Of a DNA stretch of 56,397 nucleotides, positions 19,607-28,760 are shown in pieces. Position 1 is the stretch's first letter. The number at the start of each line of letters is the position of its first letter. The notes under the pieces were generated by a model. That model was not told the origin of the DNA, made no database searches, and saw only the letters and a program-made list of their open reading frames with translations. The translations under genes and the position numbers were made by a program. Source of the stretch: Bdellovibrionota bacterium FG-2 (lineage in GTDB: Bacteria > Bdellovibrionota > UBA1018); assembly GCA_051382305.1 (NCBI GenBank), contig JBBCAV010000168.1:1-56397 (forward strand), given 5' to 3'.

Positions 19607-21222
19607 TGGATGAACTCCTGGTTCTGGGTTCTTGAATCGCCTTTAAGTTTTCGTCCTAAAATCCGTCGATTTTCTTGGCGAGCTTTCGCTGTTTTAAGGC
19701 GGGTGCTGAGGCCACTTTCTGACATTTTAAGCGCTTGTGCTAAATCCCTGCCTTTTGGGTATTTCTTTTTTGCGCTAATGATAATTTGGTCGCTCAAGAT
19801 TTCAAGCAGTGGGAAAATGCCCGGAAAGCCAGGTCCCACAACGTCCAACTCGGATTTCAGCAGTTGCTTTAGATTTAACACTCCATCGCCAAACCCCATA
19901 GGAGACGCCTGCTTCAAAGTGGTGAAGATCTGCGGAATTGATCGCCAGCTATTGAGATCCGGTTTACGGTCTCGATCACGAGGAGATAAAGTAAATAGAC
20001 GCCCCAAGAGATGGTTAATTCCGCGCACGTTACCCTCGGGAGGATTAGCCATAACCTCGTGAATAAAGTCTTGCGGCAGATCTTCATAAGAAACAAAAAC
20101 CCCTGCTTCGCGTGCTACCGAGGGGACGCGGGAACGAATGAGTTCAGGAATATCCTCTGCTCTTTCCGAGAGACTTGGCATTCTGACAACGAATGAGGAG
20201 ATTCGCATATAGAGGTCTTCACGAAATTCTCCGCTTCTTACCATTGTCTCAAGGTCTCTGTTGGTCGCACAGATGAGCTTGAAGTTGGATCTTAGAATCG
20301 TGTTCCCACCCACTCGGGTGAATGCGCCTTCTTCGATAACTTTAAGAAGCTTAACTTGAAGCTCAAGCGAGGCTTCACCGATTTCGTCTAAAAAAATCGT
20401 TCCGCCATTTCCCATTTCAAAAATGCCGGGCCGCATTTTCATTGCCCCAGTAAAGGCGCCCGCTTCATGTCCGAAAAGTTCACTCTCTACGAGACTAGGA
20501 GATATGGCCCCCATGTTTTTTTCGATAAAGGGACGCGCAGATTGGTCGAGATAATCGCGTCTAAGCTCGTTTATGATCTTAGCGTAGGTCGATTTTCCCG
20601 TTCCAGTTTCTCCTAAAATCAAAAGTGGATAATTGCTTTGAGCAAAGAGTGGAGCCTGTTGCCTGAGTTGGCGGATTGGAAGTGAAATCCCCGCCAGCTC
20701 TGGGGTCTCAGATTTTACGCCCTTGGACGATGGGGGCTGCCCTAGATCGGCGAGAGAACTTTCGACTACCAATTTCTCATGACGAATTGCCGCTTTGATT
20801 TGCTCACGCAACAAATCGTCTGAAGTTCCTTTAACATAATAGCCGAATGCCCCGAGCTTAATGGCCCTCACGGTGTCTTGATGGTCGGTACTTACTGTGA
20901 CGACTATGATCTGAAGATGTGGTTGAAGCTGAAGGAAACGCCCGATGAAGTTGATGCCATTCGTTTCGGGGTCATCGCCGTCAATGTCGTCACCCAAGTT
21001 CTTATCGAGAATCAAAACCTGAACGGGTTTTTCGGCAAGGGTTCGAAGCGCATCCTGCGCGGTAAAACAGTAAACAGCGCGGAGATTTTTCGTCGCCTCA
21101 TCCCTTTTTAAAATGAGCTTCATCTGCTGATGCATGAGTTCGTCATTATCAAGCATTAGAATGCTAGCCCCCTCCTTAAAATCAGAGGGTGGAGAACTAG
21201 ATTTTGGAAAATTAGGCTTCAT
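19603..21222 (-). CDS. Sigma54-dependent response regulator (NtrC family: receiver, AAA+, HTH)
   Basis: Receiver (LILD, T, VK), GETGTGKS, ESELFGHEAGAFTGA, FLDEIGE, FREDLY.R, GNVR, C-terminal LAQALKMSESGL HTH. Start taken at ATG 21222; the frame is open to 21300. Confidence 0.95.
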   Translation of the reverse strand: MKPNFPKSSSPPSDFKEGASILMLDNDELMHQQMKLILKRDEATKNLRAVYCFTAQDALRTLAEKPVQVLILDKNLGDDIDGDDPETNGINFIGRFLQLQPHLQIIVVTVSTDHQDTVRAIKLGAFGYYVKGTSDDLLREQIKAAIRHEKLVVESSLADLGQPPSSKGVKSETPELAGISLPIRQLRQQAPLFAQSNYPLLILGETGTGKSTYAKIINELRRDYLDQSARPFIEKNMGAISPSLVESELFGHEAGAFTGAMKMRPGIFEMGNGGTIFLDEIGEASLELQVKLLKVIEEGAFTRVGGNTILRSNFKLICATNRDLETMVRSGEFREDLYMRISSFVVRMPSLSERAEDIPELIRSRVPSVAREAGVFVSYEDLPQDFIHEVMANPPEGNVRGINHLLGRLFTLSPRDRDRKPDLNSWRSIPQIFTTLKQASPMGFGDGVLNLKQLLKSELDVVGPGFPGIFPLLEILSDQIIISAKKKYPKGRDLAQALKMSESGLSTRLKTAKARQENRRILGRKLKGDSRTQNQEFIQ

Positions 21223-21305
21223 TGTACTGGAACTCACCCGAGAACCTCGCTTCGAGCGGTTTTTAGCTCGGCGCGTCAACAAATGCAAATACAAATTCAC
21301 TGAAT

Positions 21306-21370
21306 CGAATATTCGGGCGCTGAAAAATTCGTTTTGGCGAATTATTTATTCGAAATTCAGAATTTCGAAT
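21306..21370. promoter_or_regulatory. Cluster of palindromes, candidate enhancer (UAS) sites for the sigma54 activator
   Basis: CGAATATTCG (21306-21315), AATTCG-N6-CGAATT (21326-21343), perfect ATTCGAAATTC-A-GAATTTCGAAT (21348-21370), 100-165 bp upstream of the -24/-12 box. Confidence 0.6.
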
Positions 21371-21429
21371 CTTTTTGGCGGTTTTTGGAGACATCACTTC
21401 TTCACTAGAAAACTGTTTTTTTGACGTAA

Positions 21430-21442
21430 AAACAAATACTTA
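21430..21442 (+). promoter_or_regulatory. Possible IHF site between enhancer and sigma54 promoter
   Basis: AAACAAATACTTA, one mismatch to WATCAANNNNTTR, in an AT-rich tract. Confidence 0.35.
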
Positions 21443-21470
21443 ACAAAAGAAACCCATTCCTATCGCCATG

Positions 21471-21485
21471 TGGCACGGATACTGC
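21471..21485 (+). promoter_or_regulatory. Sigma54 (-24/-12) promoter for the conjugation-side operon
   Basis: TGGCACGGATACTGC: GG-N10-GC spacing, near-consensus, 52 bp before the first ATG (21537) and divergent from an NtrC-family gene. Confidence 0.85.
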
Positions 21486-21536
21486 CTAAGGGGTTCCCGT
21501 TCGGCTCAACTTCCCCGAACTGAAAGGAGTAGTTTC

Positions 21537-21782
21537 ATGGACCTAAATTCGAACCAGCGAATGAGTTTGGCAAGCCTTCCTTCGGATGTCTTCAACCAAT
21601 GCCCACGCTGCGAAAGTCTCGGGATTCTAAAGTTTGAAGGAGAGGCCTTCTGCCTTCGCTGCGATTGGGACAGCGTTAGGCTTCATGTGGATTGCCAAGT
21701 GTTTGGCTATCGCATGCTGAATCGCCAGTGGCCAATCCTAGGGGTCAAGGCAGATACCCAATTAGCTTACTCAAACCAATGA
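21537..21782 (+). CDS. Small zinc-ribbon protein (copy A1)
   Basis: AAAGGAG RBS; CPRC-x13-CLRC followed by DWDS. Confidence 0.75.
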   Translation: MDLNSNQRMSLASLPSDVFNQCPRCESLGILKFEGEAFCLRCDWDSVRLHVDCQVFGYRMLNRQWPILGVKADTQLAYSNQ

Positions 21783-21825
21783 ACCAAACGTCAAAAAAAC
21801 CAAATTAAAAAAGGAAAACTTCAAA

Positions 21826-22044
21826 ATGAATACAATAACTGCTTCCGAAAAAGACAACACCTTCGATGTGATTCAGCTCATCCATGCAGGAGTCCAAAAC
21901 TTCAAAGCCCTTCAGCAAAGAGTTCGGGAACGCCTTAAGAAAATGAACCAAGATGCCGCCGAGACACAACATCGAATTGAACTTGCCAAAACGAATTGGG
22001 ATTCAGCCAATGGATACTACTCCTATCTTCGAGACTTCAGATAA
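21826..22044 (+). CDS. Small helical hypothetical protein (B1)
   Basis: AAAGGA RBS; coiled-coil-like body ending NGYYSYLRDFR. Confidence 0.65.
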   Translation: MNTITASEKDNTFDVIQLIHAGVQNFKALQQRVRERLKKMNQDAAETQHRIELAKTNWDSANGYYSYLRDFR

Positions 22045-22058
22045 CGGGAAAGACGCCC

Positions 22059-22274
22059 ATGGGAGTCCAAAAGGAATCGATTAAGAAACCGCGCGATGTC
22101 TTCAAGAAATGTCCACGGTGTAGCCGTGGTCCACTGATTACATTCGATGATGACGTACTTTGTCCTGCTTGCCCTTGGGACAGTATTTCTCAGTACTCAG
22201 ATGCCCTCTTTGATCATCGAGTCGGTCCCCTGTTTGCACTCCCAACAGCTTCACCCCTTCTCGTCGTAGTTTAA
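22059..22274 (+). CDS. Small zinc-ribbon protein (copy A2)
   Basis: DVFKKCPRC-x13-CPACPWDS, paralogous to 21537..21782. Confidence 0.7.
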   Translation: MGVQKESIKKPRDVFKKCPRCSRGPLITFDDDVLCPACPWDSISQYSDALFDHRVGPLFALPTASPLLVVV

Positions 22275-22304
22275 AACACCGCACTAACCAAAAAAGGAAA
22301 CGAT

Positions 22305-22508
22305 ATGAAAACCGAATTTAGAACAACTCCCCTAAAAGATACGCGACTACGCCGCATTATGGCGCAGACTCAGACCTTATTACGGGCACAGCTCACTCGT
22401 TTGAACAAAGTAATCATCAAGGCTCGTGAAGCCGACGAACAAAATCAGAGGTTTCTCGAACAAAGTGCAATGGAGCATGGCTACTTCTGGACGCGCGAAC
22501 GCTTCTAA
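22305..22508 (+). CDS. Small helical hypothetical protein (B2)
   Basis: AAAGGA RBS; coiled-coil-like body ending HGYFWTRERF. Confidence 0.65.
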   Translation: MKTEFRTTPLKDTRLRRIMAQTQTLLRAQLTRLNKVIIKAREADEQNQRFLEQSAMEHGYFWTRERF

Positions 22509-22549
22509 GAAGCAGAAATAATACAAAGGAATAATACGAGGTAAAACAA

Positions 22550-24931
22550 ATGGAAACTCGCAAAACCATACTTATAACTAAGATCATCCCCTTCCTTCTA
22601 TTGCTCACCTTTGACGCTGGATGCTCTAAAAGCGGAAACAAAAACGGTAATGCGGGAACCCAAAGCCTCGAAGGTGCGCCTCTCGCCAAGGCTCAGACAC
22701 CTTCCGAAACAATTCCTGAAGCGAGTCCTCAACCAGAAGCTGTCTCTCCACCACCGGCTCCACGGACGGAGCCCATCACTTTGATTCCAAAACCAACGCC
22801 AGAGCCGTCACCTTCGGCATCACCAGATGCGGTCGTCACACCCATACCGGTTGAACTTCAGGAGCCAGATTACTTAAGTTCATCCAAATACTCTGACTAC
22901 GGATTGGTCGAGGCGCAAACCATCTCACCTCGTTACCTTCGCGAATTGCGCGCACGCACTCAGGGCAGTGAGCTTGTCAGACTGCGTGTGGGCAAGTTGG
23001 ACGCAGTGAGTGTGTACTGGCTTAAAGGCTATGAATTCAAAAATGCCGTTGTGTTTCAGCCCAAGATATTTGTTTCAAGCTCACTCACGGGTGGACGACC
23101 CAGAATTATCGAGGGACCGGACGCAACTGCCTCAATGACAGTGGCCCTCGCTTTCGTCGATGGGATGACGCCAAATCTCTCAACTCCCTTTGGACCGCGT
23201 GAAGTTCCAAGCCAATACCGGATCAATGATTTGGCAGGAATCAAAGATCAGCTCTACAAGATCATGGGCGGCGCTCCCTTGATCTTGGGGTTCAATCGCT
23301 GTCCCGTAAAACTTGCACTTCAAATGGAAGCGCAAACCAAGATTTCAATTGTCCTCCCACCAGGACTTACCACTTGCCCGATCAACACCTTCATCCCCGC
23401 TACGATCAGGGCTTCAAAAGATGTGCTCAGGCGATTACTCGAGGACTCCATAACGCGCGGGGTGCCCGAGATCTCCGCAAAATGGGACCTCTCAACTCCA
23501 ATTGCGGTTAAGGCAGTATCGGCCCACATCAAAAATGAACCTATGGAAAAACGCTTGGATGCCGTATGGAAACGCGGCGGTACGGTGCTCGCCACTGAGG
23601 CCGTCGAACAAATAGACCTCCTCGCCCGTGAAGTATTCAAGGATCTAGACCTCACTCCGTCTCAGTTGCTGCTTAATGACCTAAGTACGCAAGTCATTAA
23701 ACAGGATTTCTCAGAACTGCCCCGAGCCCAGTGTCCCAACGGAGTGCGCTGCTTCAAGCGTAACGCTGTGGGAACGGGCCGTGATTTTGACCTAAACGAC
23801 ATCGATAACGAGTATTTTGGTCCCGAGATGCCGATTGCAGCGCGCGCGGCGCTTTATGAAATCATCAGCGAGAAATCCGCCATCATGCTTAAGCGAGATG
23901 ACCGAAACTTCTTTGACCCTCCGGTGGGCGAGCTGAACAATACGCTTCGCATGGTTTCAGAGGGAGACCTAATCGAAATCAATCTTGAAAAGTTTCTCAA
24001 AACCGAAATCAGAACGCCTGAGCCTGTCGTGCGCTTTGAGCCAAACAAAAGTTGCGTTGAAACCTTCATGCAATGCACGAATGGAGGTTGGATTTGCATC
24101 AATAAAGGGACGGAGCCCGACAACTGTCGAACAGCCTATGAAACAGTGGGGCGCTGCGATCGCTGCACAGACGTCATCGCACCAGGAGCGAATTGTCACG
24201 TCTTTGGCTGCGATCCAATCGCACTTGCCTGCACCAAACAGTGTGGAGGCACGCGCTGTGATGCGTGCGCCAGGGAACAAAAAGGTATAACGATATGCGA
24301 TCAGGTTCCACTTTGCTTGAGGCTCAGTAAATCCCCGCCGCCAAAGCCTGTGCCGTATCGAGTGAATCCCACACCTATAATGACGGCGGATTTCGTCTGG
24401 GTTTGCAGTCGATTTGAAGAGGTCTGCGCCAGATACGAGGAACATTGGGAGCGATTCACCCAGTTTGCCGAACCTGCGCTTGGTGTGACGTCGGTTGAAA
24501 GACCCCTTATGGAGTTGGATTTAACCCAAATCGTGGGTGGCTTGGATCTCCGCTTCCTGAGTTCCGGTCCAAACAAGCGTTACGACGTTACTTGTCCCAT
24601 GCTTAAGTTTGATTGGCACTTCTCGGGAACGAGACTCTTTGCACGCATCCAAAACGTCGCGGGTTGCCCTGATATCTTCAACCAAGATAATCGTCGCGAA
24701 GGCTATGCGCCTACGCTTTCAATCATCAATCGCATCTCTATGCCTGAGCGTTTTCGGTGTGGGAGTCTAACAGAAACGTATCGAGGAGAGATGTTTAACG
24801 TCTGTGTTTTGCCTGATGGATCGCGCGAAGAATCGCATGAACCCATTTGGAAGAGCTATTTCCCTAGGGTTGAACTCCAGGGTTCGATTCGGGTGCTGGG
24901 AGCATATTTTGAAAGTGAATTGGAGGAGTGA
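22550..24931 (+). CDS. Large Cys-rich lipoprotein, unknown function (paralogue 1)
   Basis: GAGG RBS, lipobox DAGC, Pro-rich tether, dense Cys insert in the C-terminal third. Confidence 0.8.
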   Translation: METRKTILITKIIPFLLLLTFDAGCSKSGNKNGNAGTQSLEGAPLAKAQTPSETIPEASPQPEAVSPPPAPRTEPITLIPKPTPEPSPSASPDAVVTPIPVELQEPDYLSSSKYSDYGLVEAQTISPRYLRELRARTQGSELVRLRVGKLDAVSVYWLKGYEFKNAVVFQPKIFVSSSLTGGRPRIIEGPDATASMTVALAFVDGMTPNLSTPFGPREVPSQYRINDLAGIKDQLYKIMGGAPLILGFNRCPVKLALQMEAQTKISIVLPPGLTTCPINTFIPATIRASKDVLRRLLEDSITRGVPEISAKWDLSTPIAVKAVSAHIKNEPMEKRLDAVWKRGGTVLATEAVEQIDLLAREVFKDLDLTPSQLLLNDLSTQVIKQDFSELPRAQCPNGVRCFKRNAVGTGRDFDLNDIDNEYFGPEMPIAARAALYEIISEKSAIMLKRDDRNFFDPPVGELNNTLRMVSEGDLIEINLEKFLKTEIRTPEPVVRFEPNKSCVETFMQCTNGGWICINKGTEPDNCRTAYETVGRCDRCTDVIAPGANCHVFGCDPIALACTKQCGGTRCDACAREQKGITICDQVPLCLRLSKSPPPKPVPYRVNPTPIMTADFVWVCSRFEEVCARYEEHWERFTQFAEPALGVTSVERPLMELDLTQIVGGLDLRFLSSGPNKRYDVTCPMLKFDWHFSGTRLFARIQNVAGCPDIFNQDNRREGYAPTLSIINRISMPERFRCGSLTETYRGEMFNVCVLPDGSREESHEPIWKSYFPRVELQGSIRVLGAYFESELEE

Positions 24932-27756
24932 TGAAATACAATAAGTTGTTTCTATTCGGAGCAGCGGTTTTGGTCTTGGGTCAGGCCGCGTGTAGTTTTA
25001 AATTGCCTCATGGCGCGGATTCCTCGTCGTCATTAGTACCTTCAGTACCTTCGCCAGAATCCTCACCTTTGCTTGATGGTCAATCTCCTAGTGATGGAGC
25101 GAAGACTGATGTGCCGGATGATGGGAGTGGTTCGAGCGGTACAGGTGGCAGCAGTGCGGACAACGGCAATGCACCGAGTCCATCAGCAGCCCTTTTGGTC
25201 ACGGACTGGGTTGTAGAGGCTCACCTTTCAAAAGGCGTTGACGTCCTCACTAAAACCCTCAGCGACGAAAAGCTTGCGACCTTTCGAAAACAGTTCAAGG
25301 TTCCATCGCTCCTGCAACTCTCCTTGCCTGAGTCAAACGGCTTTGAGGTCTACCAAATCCACGGCTACCCAGAGCTAGAAACGACGCTCCTGATTCATCC
25401 CAAAGTCTTCATCAGAAGTGCCGTAGAGGGTGGCTCAATCTTGGGTCACTATACTGGGATCAAAGATGGAGGAGGAAATGAACTCATTGAAATTTCTGTC
25501 CCTGTGGCTTTGGTCGATGGTTTGGTTCCACTGGTTCCAACCCCAGGAGGACCCGCAGAAGGAGCACTCGCGGCAGTAAAACTCTCGTCCAAGTATCAGA
25601 TCCAAGACGTGGAGGCGCTTAAAGCAAAGTCAGGATCAAAAGCCCTTCGCGCGATGCCTGCATGTCCGAGCCTGTTTAGGTTACAATATCAGGGCCGCGA
25701 ATACTGGGCAAAGAGCCCGTTTACCGGGCATTCGGCGTGTCCGGTGAATCGATTTTTTCGCATCTCTTTTCGTGCGCCGGTTAAAACGATGAAACGCCTA
25801 CTTGAGGCCGCGTCCTTAGGCGATGAGATTGTCACGATTCAAGCTGATTTTGACATGTCGTTCACGGTTCCTCGAACTCTCTATGAAGCCAGTGTTAATG
25901 CGAAAGCATTCAAAGAGCAGCTTCGCGTCAATCTAGCCGATGTTGAAATCGTAGATAGGGACATTGCCTTTCGGCCAGCCTATACGCTCCCTGATCTTGA
26001 AGCGGTTATTCAAAAATCCGTTTTTGGTGCAATCGCTGCTACAGGCATGAGTCCCGAAGCTTCACGCGACTTGCCTGGGCTTGTGGATTTCATCATGGCC
26101 TCCTACTTTAACGAGCCTTTTCCATGTCGAGGAGGAGGAATCTGCCGCACAAAGCAAACCTTTAGCTACCAATCCGAAAGTATTCACTACAACTGGGAAG
26201 ACCTTGAGACCATCGCTGCTGGAATCAAGACGCAAGCCATTGTCGGAGTCGGCGCGGTTGCAAACTCAAGTCAGTTCATCGCCAAACCCACAGTGGACGC
26301 CTTGGCTCAGATCAAAAGACCCGTTTACTTCCGAGATATGCCAATCCGCGAGGTCGCAAGCGCGTGCCGCGATTTGGAGAAGATCGACTATGCAACACTC
26401 CCTCAAGGCTCGCCCGAAACTCTCGAATACACCAAGTCGTACTGTACCCAGATCATGGAAAACTTCACGCCAAGCAAAGAAGTGGAAAACGACGGGTACT
26501 ATCCCTTAGGATCTCACACTACGGTATTTCCGGGCGCGATCTTGCGCATCGATCTTGATGAAATCGCAGAACTCACCACGGCAAAAACAAAAGTACGAAG
26601 TGATGGCATCGAAGAAGTAGAATCGCAGGTTGTAGATCTAATGAGCGGAACTCCCGATCAGAGAACGGCCTGCGTTGAGGGGCACGCTGCGGCCTGCTCT
26701 AAATACAAAAGCCATCCCGAGCCAGTGTTAGGGCTTGAGGGTCAACTCCTCTACGATCGCAAACCATGCCCCAAAGGGGAAGCCGGTTGCACTTGTGAGA
26801 AAAGCGAGGGGTCCGAAGAAGTGTGCACGCACCTAATTCCTCAAAGTCAGATGGCTTTGGATTTTGAATGCGAGGCAAAAGACGAAATCGAGTTTTGCCC
26901 CTATTGGACAACGAGAGATGTCGAGGTGGGACGGCATCAGGAACAAAAGTGCGAATCCAAAACAAACGGCGGATTTGGAATTCTCTTTGGTCTCATCTAC
27001 TCGGGACCATCGGAGTCAAGAACATGTGAAATCACCAAAGACGAGCCGATTCTAGTGAAGAACCGGATACTCAATTGTAAGGAGGACAACCCCGAGGGTC
27101 CGGTTCACCGGGTGAAGTACTGCAAACACCCTAAATACTACTGTGAAGCCTGGGCCACGAACTGCACTCATTATAGCGTAAACGAAGCGTTTCATATCAT
27201 CCATGAAGAGATCACCCCTCGCTGGCGCCCCTTTGCAATCAACAAGGGCGAATACCCAAAGAAATTAGAAGAACAGCTTTTCTTGAAATTTGTCTCCCCC
27301 AACCCCAAAGGAGGAACGAAGATCGTCACGGATTGCCCCCTCATTGAGTTTCCCCATGAGTTTAGGGGCAACACCATGTTTATCAAAATGCCCACCGAAG
27401 CGGGCGAGGTGCCAAACTGCTTGATCTTCGACGCCGAGAACAGCAAGCCCTACTACTTGCCAAAGGTGTGGCTCAAGAATGCGATTAGCTACCCCGAGCA
27501 AAGACGCTGCGGCAAGACTGAGTATTCGTTTCTAACCGAGGCCGTGTCCCTCACAGGACGATCCGATCTTGTCCCGCCTGAGTTTAGTAACAAGACCAAG
27601 GTCAACATCGGCCCCGTCGCAGGCTCTTGCCGCTGGGAGAATCCTTTTCGAGTGGGCTCTGATCTTTGGTTTACCGAATATCCACCCGTGCAAATCAAGG
27701 GCCGCGTTGCGGTGCTTGGGAGAACTTTTGAGAGTGTCATCAGCGATGGGCAATGA
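24928..27756 (+). CDS. Large Cys-rich lipoprotein, unknown function (paralogue 2)
   Basis: GGAGG RBS, lipobox QAAC, Ser/Gly tether; shares PK.F..S, VDG, CP.N.F, IS.PE..RCG and P.V...G...VLG blocks with paralogue 1. Confidence 0.8.
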   Translation: MMKYNKLFLFGAAVLVLGQAACSFKLPHGADSSSSLVPSVPSPESSPLLDGQSPSDGAKTDVPDDGSGSSGTGGSSADNGNAPSPSAALLVTDWVVEAHLSKGVDVLTKTLSDEKLATFRKQFKVPSLLQLSLPESNGFEVYQIHGYPELETTLLIHPKVFIRSAVEGGSILGHYTGIKDGGGNELIEISVPVALVDGLVPLVPTPGGPAEGALAAVKLSSKYQIQDVEALKAKSGSKALRAMPACPSLFRLQYQGREYWAKSPFTGHSACPVNRFFRISFRAPVKTMKRLLEAASLGDEIVTIQADFDMSFTVPRTLYEASVNAKAFKEQLRVNLADVEIVDRDIAFRPAYTLPDLEAVIQKSVFGAIAATGMSPEASRDLPGLVDFIMASYFNEPFPCRGGGICRTKQTFSYQSESIHYNWEDLETIAAGIKTQAIVGVGAVANSSQFIAKPTVDALAQIKRPVYFRDMPIREVASACRDLEKIDYATLPQGSPETLEYTKSYCTQIMENFTPSKEVENDGYYPLGSHTTVFPGAILRIDLDEIAELTTAKTKVRSDGIEEVESQVVDLMSGTPDQRTACVEGHAAACSKYKSHPEPVLGLEGQLLYDRKPCPKGEAGCTCEKSEGSEEVCTHLIPQSQMALDFECEAKDEIEFCPYWTTRDVEVGRHQEQKCESKTNGGFGILFGLIYSGPSESRTCEITKDEPILVKNRILNCKEDNPEGPVHRVKYCKHPKYYCEAWATNCTHYSVNEAFHIIHEEITPRWRPFAINKGEYPKKLEEQLFLKFVSPNPKGGTKIVTDCPLIEFPHEFRGNTMFIKMPTEAGEVPNCLIFDAENSKPYYLPKVWLKNAISYPEQRRCGKTEYSFLTEAVSLTGRSDLVPPEFSNKTKVNIGPVAGSCRWENPFRVGSDLWFTEYPPVQIKGRVAVLGRTFESVISDGQ

Positions 27757-27809
27757 GCCCTAAAACAAAACCACAAACAAAGCCAAAAACAAGAAAAGGA
27801 GAAAATGAA

Positions 27810-28199
27810 ATGAGTACAACCAACCAAATCATAATTACAGGAAATCTGGGCTCGGACCCCGAGGTTTTCAAAAAAAACGAGGAATCAAACGGAGTAGTCG
27901 TGTTTTCCCTGGCCGAAAGCATCTCTCGGTTAAACGAGAAAACTAAAGAATATGAACAGGTCCACACGAATTGGTTTCCCGTGCGAAGTTTCGGGAGCCT
28001 TGGAGCACGTGTGAAATCGACTCTCAAAAAGGGCGAGCGCGTTTCAGTCATTGGAACACTCAAAACGTATCAATATGAAACGGAAGACGGAAGAAAGGTG
28101 TCGGCCTTTGAGATTCTAGCCAGCGATATTAGCTACTCTAAACTTTTGCCAAAGGGGGAAGCCTCGTCTGCTTTGCCAACCTTGAACGATCATTTTTAG
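27810..28199 (+). CDS. ssb: Single-stranded DNA-binding protein
   Basis: NQIIITGNLGSDPE, FSLA, T.WF, LKKGERVSVIG.L....Y...DG motifs; AAGGAG RBS. Confidence 0.93.
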   Translation: MSTTNQIIITGNLGSDPEVFKKNEESNGVVVFSLAESISRLNEKTKEYEQVHTNWFPVRSFGSLGARVKSTLKKGERVSVIGTLKTYQYETEDGRKVSAFEILASDISYSKLLPKGEASSALPTLNDHF

Positions 28200-28211
28200 A
28201 AAGGGGGAAAC

Positions 28212-28757
28212 GTGAAGTGCCAATACTCGCATCCAATCGTGTCGTTTCTGTTGGGGCTGGAACTCTTAAGTTGTTCCTGGGGGTGCTCAACAATGGGTAA
28301 CCGCTCCAAAACGTTAGCCTTGATGACTGTATCTGCGGTCACGGCAGGGACGATTGGTGCGGTATTGGCGCCTTCTGATGAACGCAAATTTGCGCATGCC
28401 GCTCTTTGGGGCGGATTGAGTGCCACCACTACCGGAGTGCTTGGGCTATTCATCTTTGATGAGGAGTCCAAAAGGCGGGAGTCTGAAGCCAAAGCTCTGA
28501 AACTTGAGAAAGATCTCGCGGCGATAAACTCAGAAATGGCGCCTGAGTTGATTGCGACAAATCGCTTAGGTTTGACTAAACCCTTGCCCGATAAATTCAA
28601 AAATCTCATCACGCCTGGCGAGTGGAGTCTATATCGCGTGGATCGATGGGCAAGCTCAGGCGAGAACGAGCTTGTGCATCAGGATCTAATTTTTAGATTT
28701 CATCAGCCACAACTTAACCCGATGGGAAAACCAACAGTTAACGAAGGAGGAAAATAG
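28212..28757 (+). CDS. Conjugation lipoprotein (TraV/VirB7-like)
   Basis: Lipobox SWGC, glycine-zipper-like segment, C-terminal PG.W..Y.VDRW...E.ELVHQ; first gene of the T4SS block. Confidence 0.45.
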   Translation: MKCQYSHPIVSFLLGLELLSCSWGCSTMGNRSKTLALMTVSAVTAGTIGAVLAPSDERKFAHAALWGGLSATTTGVLGLFIFDEESKRRESEAKALKLEKDLAAINSEMAPELIATNRLGLTKPLPDKFKNLITPGEWSLYRVDRWASSGENELVHQDLIFRFHQPQLNPMGKPTVNEGGK

Positions 28758-28760
28758 AAA

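Noticed and set aside
21468-21536. N-terminal extension of ORF 21468..21782
   Set aside because: It overlaps the sigma54 promoter; a strong AAAGGAG RBS supports ATG 21537.
22550-27756. Calling the Cys-rich lipoproteins TraN, cytochromes or fusogens
   Set aside because: No CxxCH motifs and no recognisable TraN signature. These ideas are kept only as hypotheses pending structure search.
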